From NCBI GenBank assembly GCA_032250935.1, contig JAVVFD010000002.1, forward strand, positions 1 to 58,505: a stretch of DNA of 58,505 nt, written 5' to 3'. Source of the stretch: a bacterium (GTDB taxonomy: Bacteria; Desulfobacterota; JADFVX01). The notes beneath the pieces are model-generated. The model made no database searches, had not been told where the DNA came from, and saw only the letters and a program-made list of their open reading frames with translations. Of the stretch, positions 19,323-29,228 are shown one piece after another. Numbering within the stretch: position 1 is the stretch's first letter; every line of letters begins with the position of its first letter. The translations under genes were made by a program, and so were the position numbers.

Positions 19323-21287
19323 CTATCTCTCCAGTAGCCGCATAATCCGGTCAACGCACTCGTCGATAGAGAGCTTGTCTGTTTCCAGCGTAAGGTCCGG
19401 TGATTCGGGTATATCGTATGGCGCTGAGAGGCCGGGGATGTCGCGAAGTTCGCCTCTGTCCGCCTTCCTGTAGTGATCTTTTGTGTCACGCTCTCTGCAT
19501 ACCTCAATGGGGGCGGATAGAAATATCTCGATGAAAGAGTCTCTGCCTATAAGCTCGCGCGCCTTTTCTCTGACTTGGGCGTTTGGCGCAACAAGGGAGC
19601 ATATGCAGATAAGGCCTGAAGCGTTAATGAGGGCTGCCAGCTCTGCGGCCCGGCGCATGTTTTCTGAACGTTCCTCTGCGCTAAAGCCAAGATCTTTGCT
19701 GATGCCCAGACGCATATTTTCTCCATCCAAGACCGTAACGCTGCGTCCGGCATCGAATAAACGCCTTTCAAGGGCGTAGGCGATGGAGGTCTTTCCCGAG
19801 CCTGTAAGCCCGGTAATAAGGAGTGTCCTGGGGGTTTGATCGAAACGACTGCATCTTTCTTCAAAAGATACCCTGCTTGTCTGGCGCTTGAGTGTAGATG
19901 CAGGACCGATAGTCTCCCAGAAGTTGACTGTATCCTTCTCGCTTGACCTGCGGTCTATGATCATGCCGGCGCCGACGGTAGTGTTATTAAGCCTGTCTAT
20001 AATGATGAAGGAGCCTGTAGTTTTGTTTTTCCGGTAGGGGTCTATGGGGATCGCTCTGTCTAGCGAGATATGACATCTGCCAACCTCGTTTAATCCCAGC
20101 CCCATAGCCTCTTCGCTTTGAAGCTTGTTTATATTGATTCTGTAGCGAAGCTGGGTAAGTGAGCCTCCTACAAGGTTGGATGTATGCTTAAATAGATATT
20201 GATTGCCCGCAGCCATGGACTCTTCCGCCATCCAGACAACCATGGCCTCAAGGTCTCGCTCCACCTTGGGGAGGTTGCCGGGGTGAGCCAATATATCCCC
20301 GCGGCTAACGTCTATTTCATCCTCCAAGGTTACAGTTATGGCAAGAGGTGGGAAGGCCTCTTCCAGGTTGCCGTCATAGGTGACTATGTTCTTTATCCGG
20401 CTTTTTTGGCCACCCGGCAGCGCAACTATTTCGTCGCCGGGGCGGATTATGCCCGATGCCATAGTTCCGGCAAATCCCCTGAAGTTGAGATCGGGCCGAT
20501 TTACATACTGGATGGGAAGGCGCAGGTCGATGAGGTTGCGGTCAGAACCTATATGGACCGTTTCCAGATAGTTTAGAAGCGGGCCTGATTTGAACCATGG
20601 CATATTTTCGCCGGCATTTACGATATTGTCCCCCTTGAGGGCTGACATGGGCATAAAGTGTATATCATCTATATCGAGTCTTGCGGAAAAAGACTTATAG
20701 TCGTCGCGTATCTTGTTAAACACCTCTTCGTCAAAATTAACGAGATCCATCTTGTTTATGGCGACAACTATATGTTTTATTCCAAGAAGGGCGCAGATAA
20801 AGCTGTGTCTCTTTGTTTGCGGCATGACCCCGCTGCGCGCATCTATCAGGATGACGGCAAGATCGCAGGTTGATGCGCCTGTTGCCATATTTCTGGTATA
20901 TTGCTCATGCCCCGGTGTGTCGGCTATTATGAATTTACGTTTTTCCGTGGAGAAATAGCGGTAGGCCACGTCAATGGTAATCCCCTGCTCCCTTTCTGCT
21001 GCAAGGCCGTCAACGAGAAGTGCGAGATCCAGTTCCCCTCCAGCCGAACCCATCTTTTTACTGTCTTTTTTTAAGGTAGATAGCTGGTCTTCGTATATGA
21101 GCTTTGTGTCGTGAAGAAGCCGCCCGATAAGGGTGCTTTTACCGTCATCAACGGAGCCGCATGTGATAAGTCGCAGCAGTTCCTTATTCTCCTGCCTCTT
21201 CAGGTAGGTAAGGATATCCTTTTCAATCAGGTCCTGTTCGCTTGTATGCCCTTCTTTTGTATCCATGGCTTTCTGCTTGGCGCTCAT
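19323..21287 (-). CDS. cysN: sulfate adenylyltransferase subunit 1 (GTPase) fused to an APS-kinase-like domain
   Basis: GTPase motifs GSVDDGKST, DTPGHEQY and NKMD. The C-terminal P-loop GLTGSGKT is present, but the kinase motifs are divergent (LDGENMR, RDTKDHYRKADRG). Confidence 0.85.
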   Translation of the reverse strand: MSAKQKAMDTKEGHTSEQDLIEKDILTYLKRQENKELLRLITCGSVDDGKSTLIGRLLHDTKLIYEDQLSTLKKDSKKMGSAGGELDLALLVDGLAAEREQGITIDVAYRYFSTEKRKFIIADTPGHEQYTRNMATGASTCDLAVILIDARSGVMPQTKRHSFICALLGIKHIVVAINKMDLVNFDEEVFNKIRDDYKSFSARLDIDDIHFMPMSALKGDNIVNAGENMPWFKSGPLLNYLETVHIGSDRNLIDLRLPIQYVNRPDLNFRGFAGTMASGIIRPGDEIVALPGGQKSRIKNIVTYDGNLEEAFPPLAITVTLEDEIDVSRGDILAHPGNLPKVERDLEAMVVWMAEESMAAGNQYLFKHTSNLVGGSLTQLRYRININKLQSEEAMGLGLNEVGRCHISLDRAIPIDPYRKNKTTGSFIIIDRLNNTTVGAGMIIDRRSSEKDTVNFWETIGPASTLKRQTSRVSFEERCSRFDQTPRTLLITGLTGSGKTSIAYALERRLFDAGRSVTVLDGENMRLGISKDLGFSAEERSENMRRAAELAALINASGLICICSLVAPNAQVREKARELIGRDSFIEIFLSAPIEVCRERDTKDHYRKADRGELRDIPGLSAPYDIPESPDLTLETDKLSIDECVDRIMRLLER

Positions 21288-22196
21288 CTAGAAATACCCC
21301 TCTCTCTTCTTCTTCTCCATCGATGCAGCTTCGTCATGATCTATGACACGCCCCTGCCTTTCAGACTGTCTTGCAAGGAGCATCTCCTGAATTACCTCCG
21401 GTAGCGTTGAGGCCGTAGATTCTATTGCGCCCGAAAGCGGATAGCAGCCCAGCGTCCTGAACCTTATTACCTTCATTTCAGGCTCTTCGCCGGGAAGAAG
21501 CCTGAACCTTTCGTCATCAACCATAATGAGGTTCCCGTCCCGCTCAACTACGGGCCGCTCTTTTGCAAGATAGAGAGGCACTATTTCGATATTCTCCAGA
21601 TGTATATACTGCCATACGTCGAGTTCCGTCCAGTTGGATATGGGAAAGACCCTTATGGACTCACCTTTTTTTACCCTGCCGTTATATATGTTCCATAGCT
21701 CCGGTCGCTGGTTTTTGGGGTCCCATTGATGTTTGCTGTCTCGGAAGGAATAGATGCGTTCCTTGGCCCTCGACTTCTCTTCATCTCGCCGGGCGCCGCC
21801 GAAGGCTGCATCATATTTCCCCAGATCCAGGGCCTGTTTCAGCGATTGGGTCTTCATTATATCCGTGTATGTCCCTGAGCCGTGATCGAAGGGGTTGATA
21901 TCTTTATCCTTTCCTTCCTTATTGACGTGGACCCTGAGGTCTAGTTTCCTTTTCTCACAAAAATTGTCACGAAATTCAATCATCTCCCTGAATTTCCATG
22001 TCGTATCTACGTGAAGAAGAGGGAAGGGAAGAGGTGCAGGATAAAATGCCTTTAGCGCCAGATGGACAAGCACTGAGGAATCTTTCCCTATGGAGTATAG
22101 CATTACAGGGTTATCAAATTCGGCTACTACCTCGCGGATGATGTGTATGGATTCGGCTTCCAGTTGTTTCAGATGTGTAAGGTTGTATGATGTCAT
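21288..22196 (-). CDS. cysD: sulfate adenylyltransferase subunit 2
   Basis: PAPS-reductase/ATP-PPase fold motif [10 protein letters not shown]. 302 aa. Its stop directly abuts the cysN start (TAGATG). Confidence 0.9.
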   Translation of the reverse strand: MTSYNLTHLKQLEAESIHIIREVVAEFDNPVMLYSIGKDSSVLVHLALKAFYPAPLPFPLLHVDTTWKFREMIEFRDNFCEKRKLDLRVHVNKEGKDKDINPFDHGSGTYTDIMKTQSLKQALDLGKYDAAFGGARRDEEKSRAKERIYSFRDSKHQWDPKNQRPELWNIYNGRVKKGESIRVFPISNWTELDVWQYIHLENIEIVPLYLAKERPVVERDGNLIMVDDERFRLLPGEEPEMKVIRFRTLGCYPLSGAIESTASTLPEVIQEMLLARQSERQGRVIDHDEAASMEKKKREGYF

Positions 22197-22284
22197 TATA
22201 TTTTTTTAATTTAGTTTAAGGTGCCTTTATTAATGGATGGTTTTCCTTGTCGTTACATACTATTCCTTTGCTGGAAAAATGATA

Positions 22285-22304
22285 CATATGATAACATATG
22301 ATAA
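22285..22304. repeat. perfect tandem 10-mer (CATATGATAA x2) in the cysD/tsaD divergent intergenic region
   Basis: Read directly at 22285-22294 and 22295-22304. Confidence 0.9.
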
Positions 22305-22398
22305 GTTTATATCAAGATAAAGTCAATACTTTAGTGAAATGGTAAAGATTGTTTCCTCATAGGTTTGTGGTTTATGGCAAACTTGCTGGCACAGATAC

Positions 22399-22413
22399 GA
22401 TTTGATTTGATTT
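22399..22413. repeat. (GATTT)x3 microsatellite about 40 nt upstream of tsaD
   Basis: Read directly. It is followed by GATAAT. Confidence 0.9.
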
Positions 22414-22452
22414 GATAATAAGTCATGCAGGTTCCATTTTTCAGGAGTTTTT

Positions 22453-23451
22453 TTGAAAATTTTAGGCATAGAATCGTCCTGTGACGAGACGGCTGCCGCC
22501 GTAGTTGCAGATGGACGAGAGCTGCTTTCAAATATCATCGTATCCCAGATAAAGGATCACGCCATATATGGCGGGGTCGTTCCTGAGATCGCATCAAGAA
22601 AGCATATTGAATCCATCGTCCCCGTTGTGACTGCAGCGCTTGGAGATGCCGGTCTTGCGCTTGAAGAGATAGACGGGATTGCTGTAACAAAGGGGCCGGG
22701 TCTGGTCGGATCCCTTCTGGTAGGTGTCTCTGTTGCAAAGGCGATGGCGCTGTCTGCAGATATACCGCTTGTGGGTGTAAACCATATAGAGGGCCATCTT
22801 ACAGCCGTTTTGCTGGAGAAAGAGGTTCCCTTTCCTTATATCGGCCTTATCGTGTCGGGAGGTCATACATCCTTATATCTTGTTAGATCCATTGGAGATT
22901 ATGAGCGTCTGGGAAGGACTATAGATGATGCGGCCGGCGAGGCTCTTGATAAGGTAGCAAAGGTTCTTGGACTCGGATATCCAGGGGGTGTAGAGATAGA
23001 CCGGATTTCAAAGCATGGAAGGGCTGACGCCATATCCTTTCCGAGAGGGCTTATATCCAAAGATAACCTCGATTTTAGTTTCAGCGGTATGAAGACCGCA
23101 GCATCTCAGTATATAAAGAAACAGCCGCTTGATAAGGTCCCCGAAATGACCGGCGATATAGCGGCAAGTTTTCAGGAGGCCGTCGTTGACGTACTGGTTA
23201 AAAAAACCATAAAGGCGGCTCAAAGGCACGGTATAGGCACGGTAGTCGTTTCGGGAGGGGTGGCCTGCAATAGCAGACTGAGGGAAAATATGGGCCGTGA
23301 TGCCGCAAAATGCGGGGTCGAAGTCTTCTTTCCCTCTCCAATACTTTGCACAGACAATGCCGCAATGATAGCTGCGCTTGGTTGCCACTATCTTAAAAAA
23401 GGGATAAGAGACGATCTCTCCATGAACGCAACAGCCAGATGGAAAATATGA
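22453..23451 (+). CDS. tsaD: tRNA N6-adenosine threonylcarbamoyltransferase
   Basis: TTG start. Motifs GIESSCDETAAAV and VNHIEGHL (metal-binding His pair). 332 aa. Confidence 0.9.
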   Translation: MKILGIESSCDETAAAVVADGRELLSNIIVSQIKDHAIYGGVVPEIASRKHIESIVPVVTAALGDAGLALEEIDGIAVTKGPGLVGSLLVGVSVAKAMALSADIPLVGVNHIEGHLTAVLLEKEVPFPYIGLIVSGGHTSLYLVRSIGDYERLGRTIDDAAGEALDKVAKVLGLGYPGGVEIDRISKHGRADAISFPRGLISKDNLDFSFSGMKTAASQYIKKQPLDKVPEMTGDIAASFQEAVVDVLVKKTIKAAQRHGIGTVVVSGGVACNSRLRENMGRDAAKCGVEVFFPSPILCTDNAAMIAALGCHYLKKGIRDDLSMNATARWKI

Positions 23452-23993
23452 AGTATAGGGGGCATCAGCTGGGCAGGCCTTTCCGCTACCTTTATCTTAG
23501 ATTTATAAGGCTAAGGGGAACGGCCGAGGAAGTTGCAAGGGGGATGGCCCTTGGGGTCTTCATAGGGCTCACGCCTACGATGGGTATTCAGATGCCGATT
23601 GCCTTCTTTTTTGCAATGCTTTTAAAAGAGAATAAGATTGCGGCGGTTATAGGGGTCTGGATCAGCAATCCGATGACCGCTATCCCTATATACACCTATA
23701 ATTTCAAGATAGGCAAGTACCTGCTGGGAACGCCTGACGTTAAAATGCCAGATTTTTCCTCTCTTAATGAGGTCATGGTTTTGGGCCATGACCTTATCTT
23801 GCCCCTCGCTATCGGCAGCCTTGTTGCCGGATTATTTTCCGCCTCGGTGGCCTATTTCGTCACGCTCAAGGCATATGCCGTGGTTCAGATGGAAAGAGAG
23901 ATGCTTGCCAAGATGAGGGCCAAAAAGAGGGCCAAAAAAGAGGCCTTAATTGAGATAGAGAAAACTGTAATAGAGGAAAAAGAAGATAAGTAA
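23439..23993 (+). CDS. DUF2062 family membrane protein
   Basis: GLTPTMGIQMPIAFFFAMLL...VWISNPMT pattern and a Lys-rich C-terminal tail. It overlaps tsaD by 13 nt. Confidence 0.65.
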   Translation: MENMKYRGHQLGRPFRYLYLRFIRLRGTAEEVARGMALGVFIGLTPTMGIQMPIAFFFAMLLKENKIAAVIGVWISNPMTAIPIYTYNFKIGKYLLGTPDVKMPDFSSLNEVMVLGHDLILPLAIGSLVAGLFSASVAYFVTLKAYAVVQMEREMLAKMRAKKRAKKEALIEIEKTVIEEKEDK

Positions 23994-24009
23994 TTTAGAA
24001 TCAAATTAC

Positions 24010-24822
24010 CTGCCAAGGCCAAAGAAACGCTTTGGACAGAACTTTCTCGTTAACCCCTCTTCTTCCATAAAGATAGTCAGTCTTGCTTCCATTGAGCCTT
24101 CAGATACGGTTGTAGAGATAGGACCGGGAAGGGGAGCAATTACCAGGCTTCTTGCTGAAAAAGGATGCGGCGTATTTGCCCTTGAAGTGGACAGGGGGTT
24201 ATGTAAAACTTTATCTGATGAGTTTGGAGCTCATGAAAACGTAAGGGTGATTGAGACGGACGCCCTGGAGTTTGATTTTAACAGCCTGCCATTGGGCCCT
24301 GCAGGCAGAATAAAGGTCGTTGCCAACCTGCCCTATAATGTGGCAACTCCTATATTGTTCAGGCTGCTAGAGTCCAGGCATATTATCGACTGCATGGTTC
24401 TGATGTTCCAAAAGGAGGTCGCCTCAAGGATTGTTGCATCACCCGGTGGAAAGAACTATGGCGCCCTTTCCATCTTTCCGCAGCTCTATTCTGATATCTC
24501 CCTTTCTTTCAAACTCCCGCCTGGAGCATTCTTTCCTCCTCCCAAAGTCGATTCCGCCGTGCTTTTCTTTAAAATACTTGACAGGCCGCGCTTTGATGTA
24601 GCTGATGAGGACCTGCTATCCCGCCTTGTAAAGGCCGCATTTTCCCAAAGGAGAAAGAAACTCTCAAATTCTTTAAAGAGGTTTTTTGACAATCCAGAAA
24701 ACTCTGATATTATCTTTTCCAGGGCATGTATAGATCCGTCAAGAAGGGCGGAAACGATATCGGTGGAAGAGTTTTGCCGTATGAGTAACCTTCTTGCCGA
24801 GCTTGTGAAGACTAAGGCCTAG
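24010..24822 (+). CDS. rsmA: 16S rRNA (adenine1518/1519-N6)-dimethyltransferase; start codon unresolved
   Basis: The conserved N-terminus KKRFGQNFL and the SAM motif VVEIGPGRGAIT are encoded in frame upstream of the ORF-track GTG at 24187. NLPYNV lies downstream. No ATG, GTG or TTG exists in the open frame between 23974 and 24186. CTG 24010 is the nearest near-cognate codon. Confidence 0.75.
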   Translation: MPRPKKRFGQNFLVNPSSSIKIVSLASIEPSDTVVEIGPGRGAITRLLAEKGCGVFALEVDRGLCKTLSDEFGAHENVRVIETDALEFDFNSLPLGPAGRIKVVANLPYNVATPILFRLLESRHIIDCMVLMFQKEVASRIVASPGGKNYGALSIFPQLYSDISLSFKLPPGAFFPPPKVDSAVLFFKILDRPRFDVADEDLLSRLVKAAFSQRRKKLSNSLKRFFDNPENSDIIFSRACIDPSRRAETISVEEFCRMSNLLAELVKTKA

Positions 24823-24873
24823 CCTCCGGTATGGGTTTTTCAATTGATATAGCATTGAAAGAGGTCTTACCTG

Positions 24874-25611
24874 ATGAAAGGAAAGAAGATCCTTCTTGTT
24901 GATGATGAAGTTCGTCTGCTTGAGTCGTGCGCAACATTGCTTGGCGATCATTTCAGGGTTGTAACGGCCCCCGACGCCATGGAGGCATTAGAGAGGCTTG
25001 GTTCCGAGCATATAGATTGCATCGTCCTTGATATCGTCATGCCCTTGATGAATGGCCTTGAATTTCTTAAGGTGATCAGAACCTCCGGTCATAAAGTTCC
25101 AGTAATAATAGTGACTGGAAACAGCTGTCTTCAATATGCCGAGCAGTGCGCCGATCTGAATGTCAGTGGTTACATTAATAAACCTTATAAAATCGATGAT
25201 CTTGTTAAAAGGCTCAAGAATGTTCTTGATCCTGCCTTTATACCATCCGGCGATATGGATGATAACGATTTTGCCGGGCTCAGTTCCAGATTGAAGGAAG
25301 CGCTTGAATATATCAACCTCAATTACCAAAGACATCTTACTTTAAGAACTATTGCAAGAGACTTATGCGCTTCCAGCGACTACATAGGAAAACTCTTTAA
25401 AAATGATATGGGGCTTAGTTTTTCCGGATATATTAATGGGTTGAGGGTGGAAAAGGCAAAGTCTATGATAATTGAAGGGAGCCTCTCTATATCTGATATA
25501 GCTGCAAGGGCAGGTTTCGGTTCTCAGCAGAATTTTTTTAAGCAGTTTAAGCGGCATACAGGCGTTACTCCAAGTGAATATCGCTTCAAAAAAACCTCAA
25601 AGGGCGGCTGA
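24874..25611 (+). CDS. response regulator with AraC-type HTH output domain
   Basis: REC motifs (ILLVDDE, CIVLDIVMPLMNG) plus an AraC HTH (ISDIAARAGFGSQQNFFKQFKRHTGVTPSEYR). Confidence 0.85.
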   Translation: MKGKKILLVDDEVRLLESCATLLGDHFRVVTAPDAMEALERLGSEHIDCIVLDIVMPLMNGLEFLKVIRTSGHKVPVIIVTGNSCLQYAEQCADLNVSGYINKPYKIDDLVKRLKNVLDPAFIPSGDMDDNDFAGLSSRLKEALEYINLNYQRHLTLRTIARDLCASSDYIGKLFKNDMGLSFSGYINGLRVEKAKSMIIEGSLSISDIAARAGFGSQQNFFKQFKRHTGVTPSEYRFKKTSKGG

Positions 25612-25707
25612 TTTACCCGTTCCTGTTGCCGTTGTTGAGCCGCGAGAGATAGAACTTTCCGGCGCGGCAAACTACCTGATCTGCTTAGAAGGGTTGCCGG
25701 CATAGAT

Positions 25708-25941
25708 GTGCCGGCAGTTTCCACATCAGTTGAAGATAGCGGAATCGGGATCATGGAAGAAGATATGAAGGAGCTTTACCCCTCTTTTTATACAACAAGG
25801 GGGGTAAAGGGCACAGGCCTCGGTCTTGCTATATCCTGCGGTACAGTAAAGGGGTATGGCGGAGATATCAATTTGAGATCGAAAGATGAAAAAGGAGTTA
25901 TCGCTAGCATATATCTGCCTTATAAAAGCGGGGGGAGCTGA
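25708..25941 (+). pseudogene. remnant of a histidine kinase (C-terminal HATPase_c fragment only)
   Basis: The 77-aa ORF contains only the G1/G2 region (VEDSGIGI ... GTGLGLAIS). There is no HisKA domain, H-box or N-box. The frame is closed by TGA at 25636. Confidence 0.6.
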
Positions 25942-25943
25942 AA

Positions 25944-27080
25944 ATGACTGAAAATGTGAAGATACTCATTGTAGATGATGAAGAAAGGCTAAGGGAAAGC
26001 CTTAAAAAGATGCTTGTAATGGATGGTTTCTCGGTGGAGACGGCAGAAGACGGAAAGGCCGGATTAAGCGCTCTGCTCAGTTCTTCATTCGATGTGGCTA
26101 TTATTGACCTTGTCATGCCAAAGCATGACGGGATGTGGTTGATAGGAGAGATCAATAAGAGAAATATTGATGTTTCTGTCGTCGTTGCCACCGGATACGG
26201 CACGGTAGAGCTTGTGGTCAAGGCAATGAAGCAGGGCGCGTGGGATTTTATTCAAAAGCCTGTCGATTATGAACTCATGAGGATGGTTGTCGGTAAGGCA
26301 GCAGATCGCAGGAGCTCTGTAAGAGCGCAACATATGGCGGAAAAAAGAATAAGAGAGCAAAATCTGGAACTTAAAGAGGTAAACGAGAAGCTCAAGGAGC
26401 TGGATAAACTGAAAACGGATTTCTTGTCTATGGCTGTTCATGAGCTGAGGACGCCTTTAACCGTAATAATCTGTGCCCTTGAGATGGTCCGCGTTGAGAT
26501 TGACGACAATAATATTTCAGGAATCGATATGCATGTCAGTAATGCCCTTGAGTTTGCCAGAAATATGGGCTCTATTGTTAGCGAAATGCTGGATATATAT
26601 ACTATTGAATCAGGTAATTTAAGTGGTGAGATGACTAAGAATAATCTCTCAATGCTCGTAAGCTCGGCTGCCAAAGGGACTGCCCCTTTGCTTAAGAAAA
26701 AAGGTATAGATCTGAAAATAGATATACCTGAAATGCCGGGGGATATTGTTTGTTCAGAGGGGAGGATAAGGCAGGTTGTTGTAAATCTGATAGGAAACGC
26801 AGTCAAGTTTACACCCGATGGCGGCACTATAGCCGTTTCGGTAAAAGAGGAGAGTGGCGGCGGTGTAACGATATCGGTTAAGGACAACGGGTGTGGCATA
26901 TTACCTGAGAATGTTGATCGTATATTTGATGAATTTTTTCAGGTTAATAGAGGCTCTGAGTATGGAACGGGTCTCGGCCTGGCTATATGCAGGAAAATAA
27001 TTGATGGGCACGGGGGCCGCATATGGGCCGAAAGTGAGGTTGATATAGGAACGACTATCTCTTTTTACTTGCCTGCGTAG
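25944..27080 (+). CDS. hybrid response-regulator/histidine kinase (REC - coiled coil - HisKA - HATPase_c)
   Basis: REC (ILIVDDE, VAIIDLVMPKHDG), H-box FLSMAVHELRTPL, N-box NLIGNAVKFT and G-boxes VKDNGCGI and GTGLGLAI. Confidence 0.9.
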   Translation: MTENVKILIVDDEERLRESLKKMLVMDGFSVETAEDGKAGLSALLSSSFDVAIIDLVMPKHDGMWLIGEINKRNIDVSVVVATGYGTVELVVKAMKQGAWDFIQKPVDYELMRMVVGKAADRRSSVRAQHMAEKRIREQNLELKEVNEKLKELDKLKTDFLSMAVHELRTPLTVIICALEMVRVEIDDNNISGIDMHVSNALEFARNMGSIVSEMLDIYTIESGNLSGEMTKNNLSMLVSSAAKGTAPLLKKKGIDLKIDIPEMPGDIVCSEGRIRQVVVNLIGNAVKFTPDGGTIAVSVKEESGGGVTISVKDNGCGILPENVDRIFDEFFQVNRGSEYGTGLGLAICRKIIDGHGGRIWAESEVDIGTTISFYLPA

Positions 27081-27221
27081 CCCTTGTTTTTTAATTGGAA
27101 GTTGTTTATGTCCTTTGCCGCACATACTGAATACGCGTAAAATTCTTGACTTCTGCCCGGTTTTAATGATAGTTAAGTTCTGCTTTCATTAGTGGCAGAT
27201 AATTTTTTATTGGAGCTTTAA

Positions 27222-27803
27222 GTGATGTATTTGGTTCAGGTTGTTTTTTCCTTGATGCTGTTATTGCTGCCGTCAGGGCTGTTGGCTGAGGAGCCTGTCT
27301 ACGTTGGTGTTGAGCAGTGCATGATGTGTCATTTGCCGCACTATGATTCCTGGGACGAAACCAGGATGTCAAAAGCCTTTGAACTATTGAAGCCTGGAGT
27401 CAGGGCTAAGGCCAAGGTGAAGGCCGGTATCGATCCCGATATGGACTTTACCGGGGAGGCGCTTTGTCTTGGCTGCCATGTGACCGGATTCGGGAAGCCT
27501 GGAGGTTTTGTTGATATTGAGACTACTCCCGACCTTGCCGGTGTGCAGTGTGAGATGTGTCACGGTCCCGGCAGCATCTATTCAAAGATGATGGTCAAGA
27601 AGAAAGGCACTTATACCCAGGATGACTATAAGAAAGAAGGCGGCCTTACCATGCCTTCAGAGCAAAATAATATCTGCGCAGAAAAATGCCACAATAAAAA
27701 AAGCCCCTTTGTTTATACCCTTGAGTTTAATTTTGAAGATAGAAAAGCTATAGGTACGCACAGGCATGACCTGAGATACATATATCTTCCATTTGATCTT
27801 TGA
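27222..27803 (+). CDS. small secreted multihaem cytochrome c (cytochrome c554-like family)
   Basis: Signal-peptide-like N-terminus. Motifs CMMCH, CLGCH and CEMCH plus a Cx3CH motif (CAEKCH). The CMMCHLPHYDSW context resembles the c554 family. Confidence 0.8.
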   Translation: MMYLVQVVFSLMLLLLPSGLLAEEPVYVGVEQCMMCHLPHYDSWDETRMSKAFELLKPGVRAKAKVKAGIDPDMDFTGEALCLGCHVTGFGKPGGFVDIETTPDLAGVQCEMCHGPGSIYSKMMVKKKGTYTQDDYKKEGGLTMPSEQNNICAEKCHNKKSPFVYTLEFNFEDRKAIGTHRHDLRYIYLPFDL

Positions 27804-27839
27804 CGGATCTATCTTAGAGCGTATGGACCTTTAATCCCT

Positions 27840-29228
27840 TTACCTTATTGCTCTATTGATTCGCGAAACAGTTTTATCTTTCCCGAGGATGGCAATAACT
27901 TCAAAAATTCCAGGGCTAGCCGTTCCACCGGTCAGCGCCACCCTTACGGCTGGTCCCACTTTATTCATCTTGAGACCTTTTTCTGCTATAAACTCTTTAA
28001 AAAACCTCTCTACCTCGTTCTCATCGAATGGAGCCAGCATCTCCATGCCTGATGCTAACGCTTTAAGTATCTCATTAGTTTCAAGGGTAAGGAATTTTGT
28101 TGATGCTGCCCCATCTATTTCAATATCTTCAAGATAGTAGCTCTTTGCCATTTCGGCCAGTTCCGTTGTGGTCTTGACCCTGTCTTTAAGTATCGCTATA
28201 AGTGAAGCAAGGTCGGGCCCATCTGCAAGGTTCTGGCCGCCATCTTCGATGATCGGCCTGATAAGTTCAGCCAGGGAATCATTTGAGGATTCTTTTATAT
28301 AGTGGGCGTTAAGCCATAACAGTTTCTCCGGGTTAAATATCCCGGCTGACTTTCCGATCTGATCGGAGTCAAAGTATTTTACAAGCTCATCTATTGAGAA
28401 GAGCTCCTGGTCACCATGCGACCAGCCGAGTCTGGCAAGATAATTTATCATTGCATGGGGGAGGTATCCCATATCTTTATACGCCGTTACCGAAGTGGCG
28501 CCGTGCCTTTTACTGAGGCGTTTTTTGTCTTCGCCAAGAATGAGTGGTACATGCCCGAATTCGGGGGCTGTGTAAGTTAGTGCCTCGTAGAGGAGAATCT
28601 GGCGGGGAGTGTTGTTCAAGTGGTCGTCTCCCCTGATTATATGGGTTATTCCCATTGTTGCATCGTCTACAACCACTACGAAGTTGTAAGTAGGGCTTCC
28701 GTCGGTTCTTGCAATGATAAGGTCATCGAGCTCGGAGTTTTCAAAAGAGACTCTTCCCTTTATCATGTCATCGAATGCCGTTACCCCTGTTGTTGGAGCC
28801 TTAAATCTTATGGTAAAGGGTCTGTTGCCCGGCTGATCGCCGCGCTCTCTGCACTTTCCGTCATATTTGGGTTTTCTCCCTTCCGCCATAGCCTGTGCTC
28901 TTTTTTCATCCAGCTCTTCTTTGCTGCAATAGCAGCGATATGCCTTGCCTTCTTTGAGCAGCCTGTCAATATGGTCAAGATATATATCAGTTCTTCTCGA
29001 TTGATACTCAGGCTCTTCGTCCCAGTCAAGGCCCAGCCAGCCCAGCCCTTCAAATATCGCATCTACCGATTCCCGGGTGGATCTCTCTAGATCTGTGTCT
29101 TCAATTCTGAGTACAAATTTCCCGCCGTGGTGGCGCGCAAAAAGCCAGTTAAAAAGGGCGGTTCGTGCGCCTCCTATGTGTAGATATCCTGTCGGGCTTG
29201 GAGCGAAACGGGTTTTTACCTTTGTCAT
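27840..29228 (-). CDS. gltX: glutamate--tRNA ligase
   Basis: [16 protein letters not shown] (HIGH) and RLSKR (KMSKS-like). 462 aa. Confidence 0.92.
   Translation of the reverse strand: MTKVKTRFAPSPTGYLHIGGARTALFNWLFARHHGGKFVLRIEDTDLERSTRESVDAIFEGLGWLGLDWDEEPEYQSRRTDIYLDHIDRLLKEGKAYRCYCSKEELDEKRAQAMAEGRKPKYDGKCRERGDQPGNRPFTIRFKAPTTGVTAFDDMIKGRVSFENSELDDLIIARTDGSPTYNFVVVVDDATMGITHIIRGDDHLNNTPRQILLYEALTYTAPEFGHVPLILGEDKKRLSKRHGATSVTAYKDMGYLPHAMINYLARLGWSHGDQELFSIDELVKYFDSDQIGKSAGIFNPEKLLWLNAHYIKESSNDSLAELIRPIIEDGGQNLADGPDLASLIAILKDRVKTTTELAEMAKSYYLEDIEIDGAASTKFLTLETNEILKALASGMEMLAPFDENEVERFFKEFIAEKGLKMNKVGPAVRVALTGGTASPGIFEVIAILGKDKTVSRINRAIR

Noticed and set aside
24187-24189. GTG at 24187 as the rsmA start (ORF-track call).
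   Set aside because: It would delete the FGQNFL box and the GxGxG SAM-binding motif, which are encoded in frame immediately upstream.
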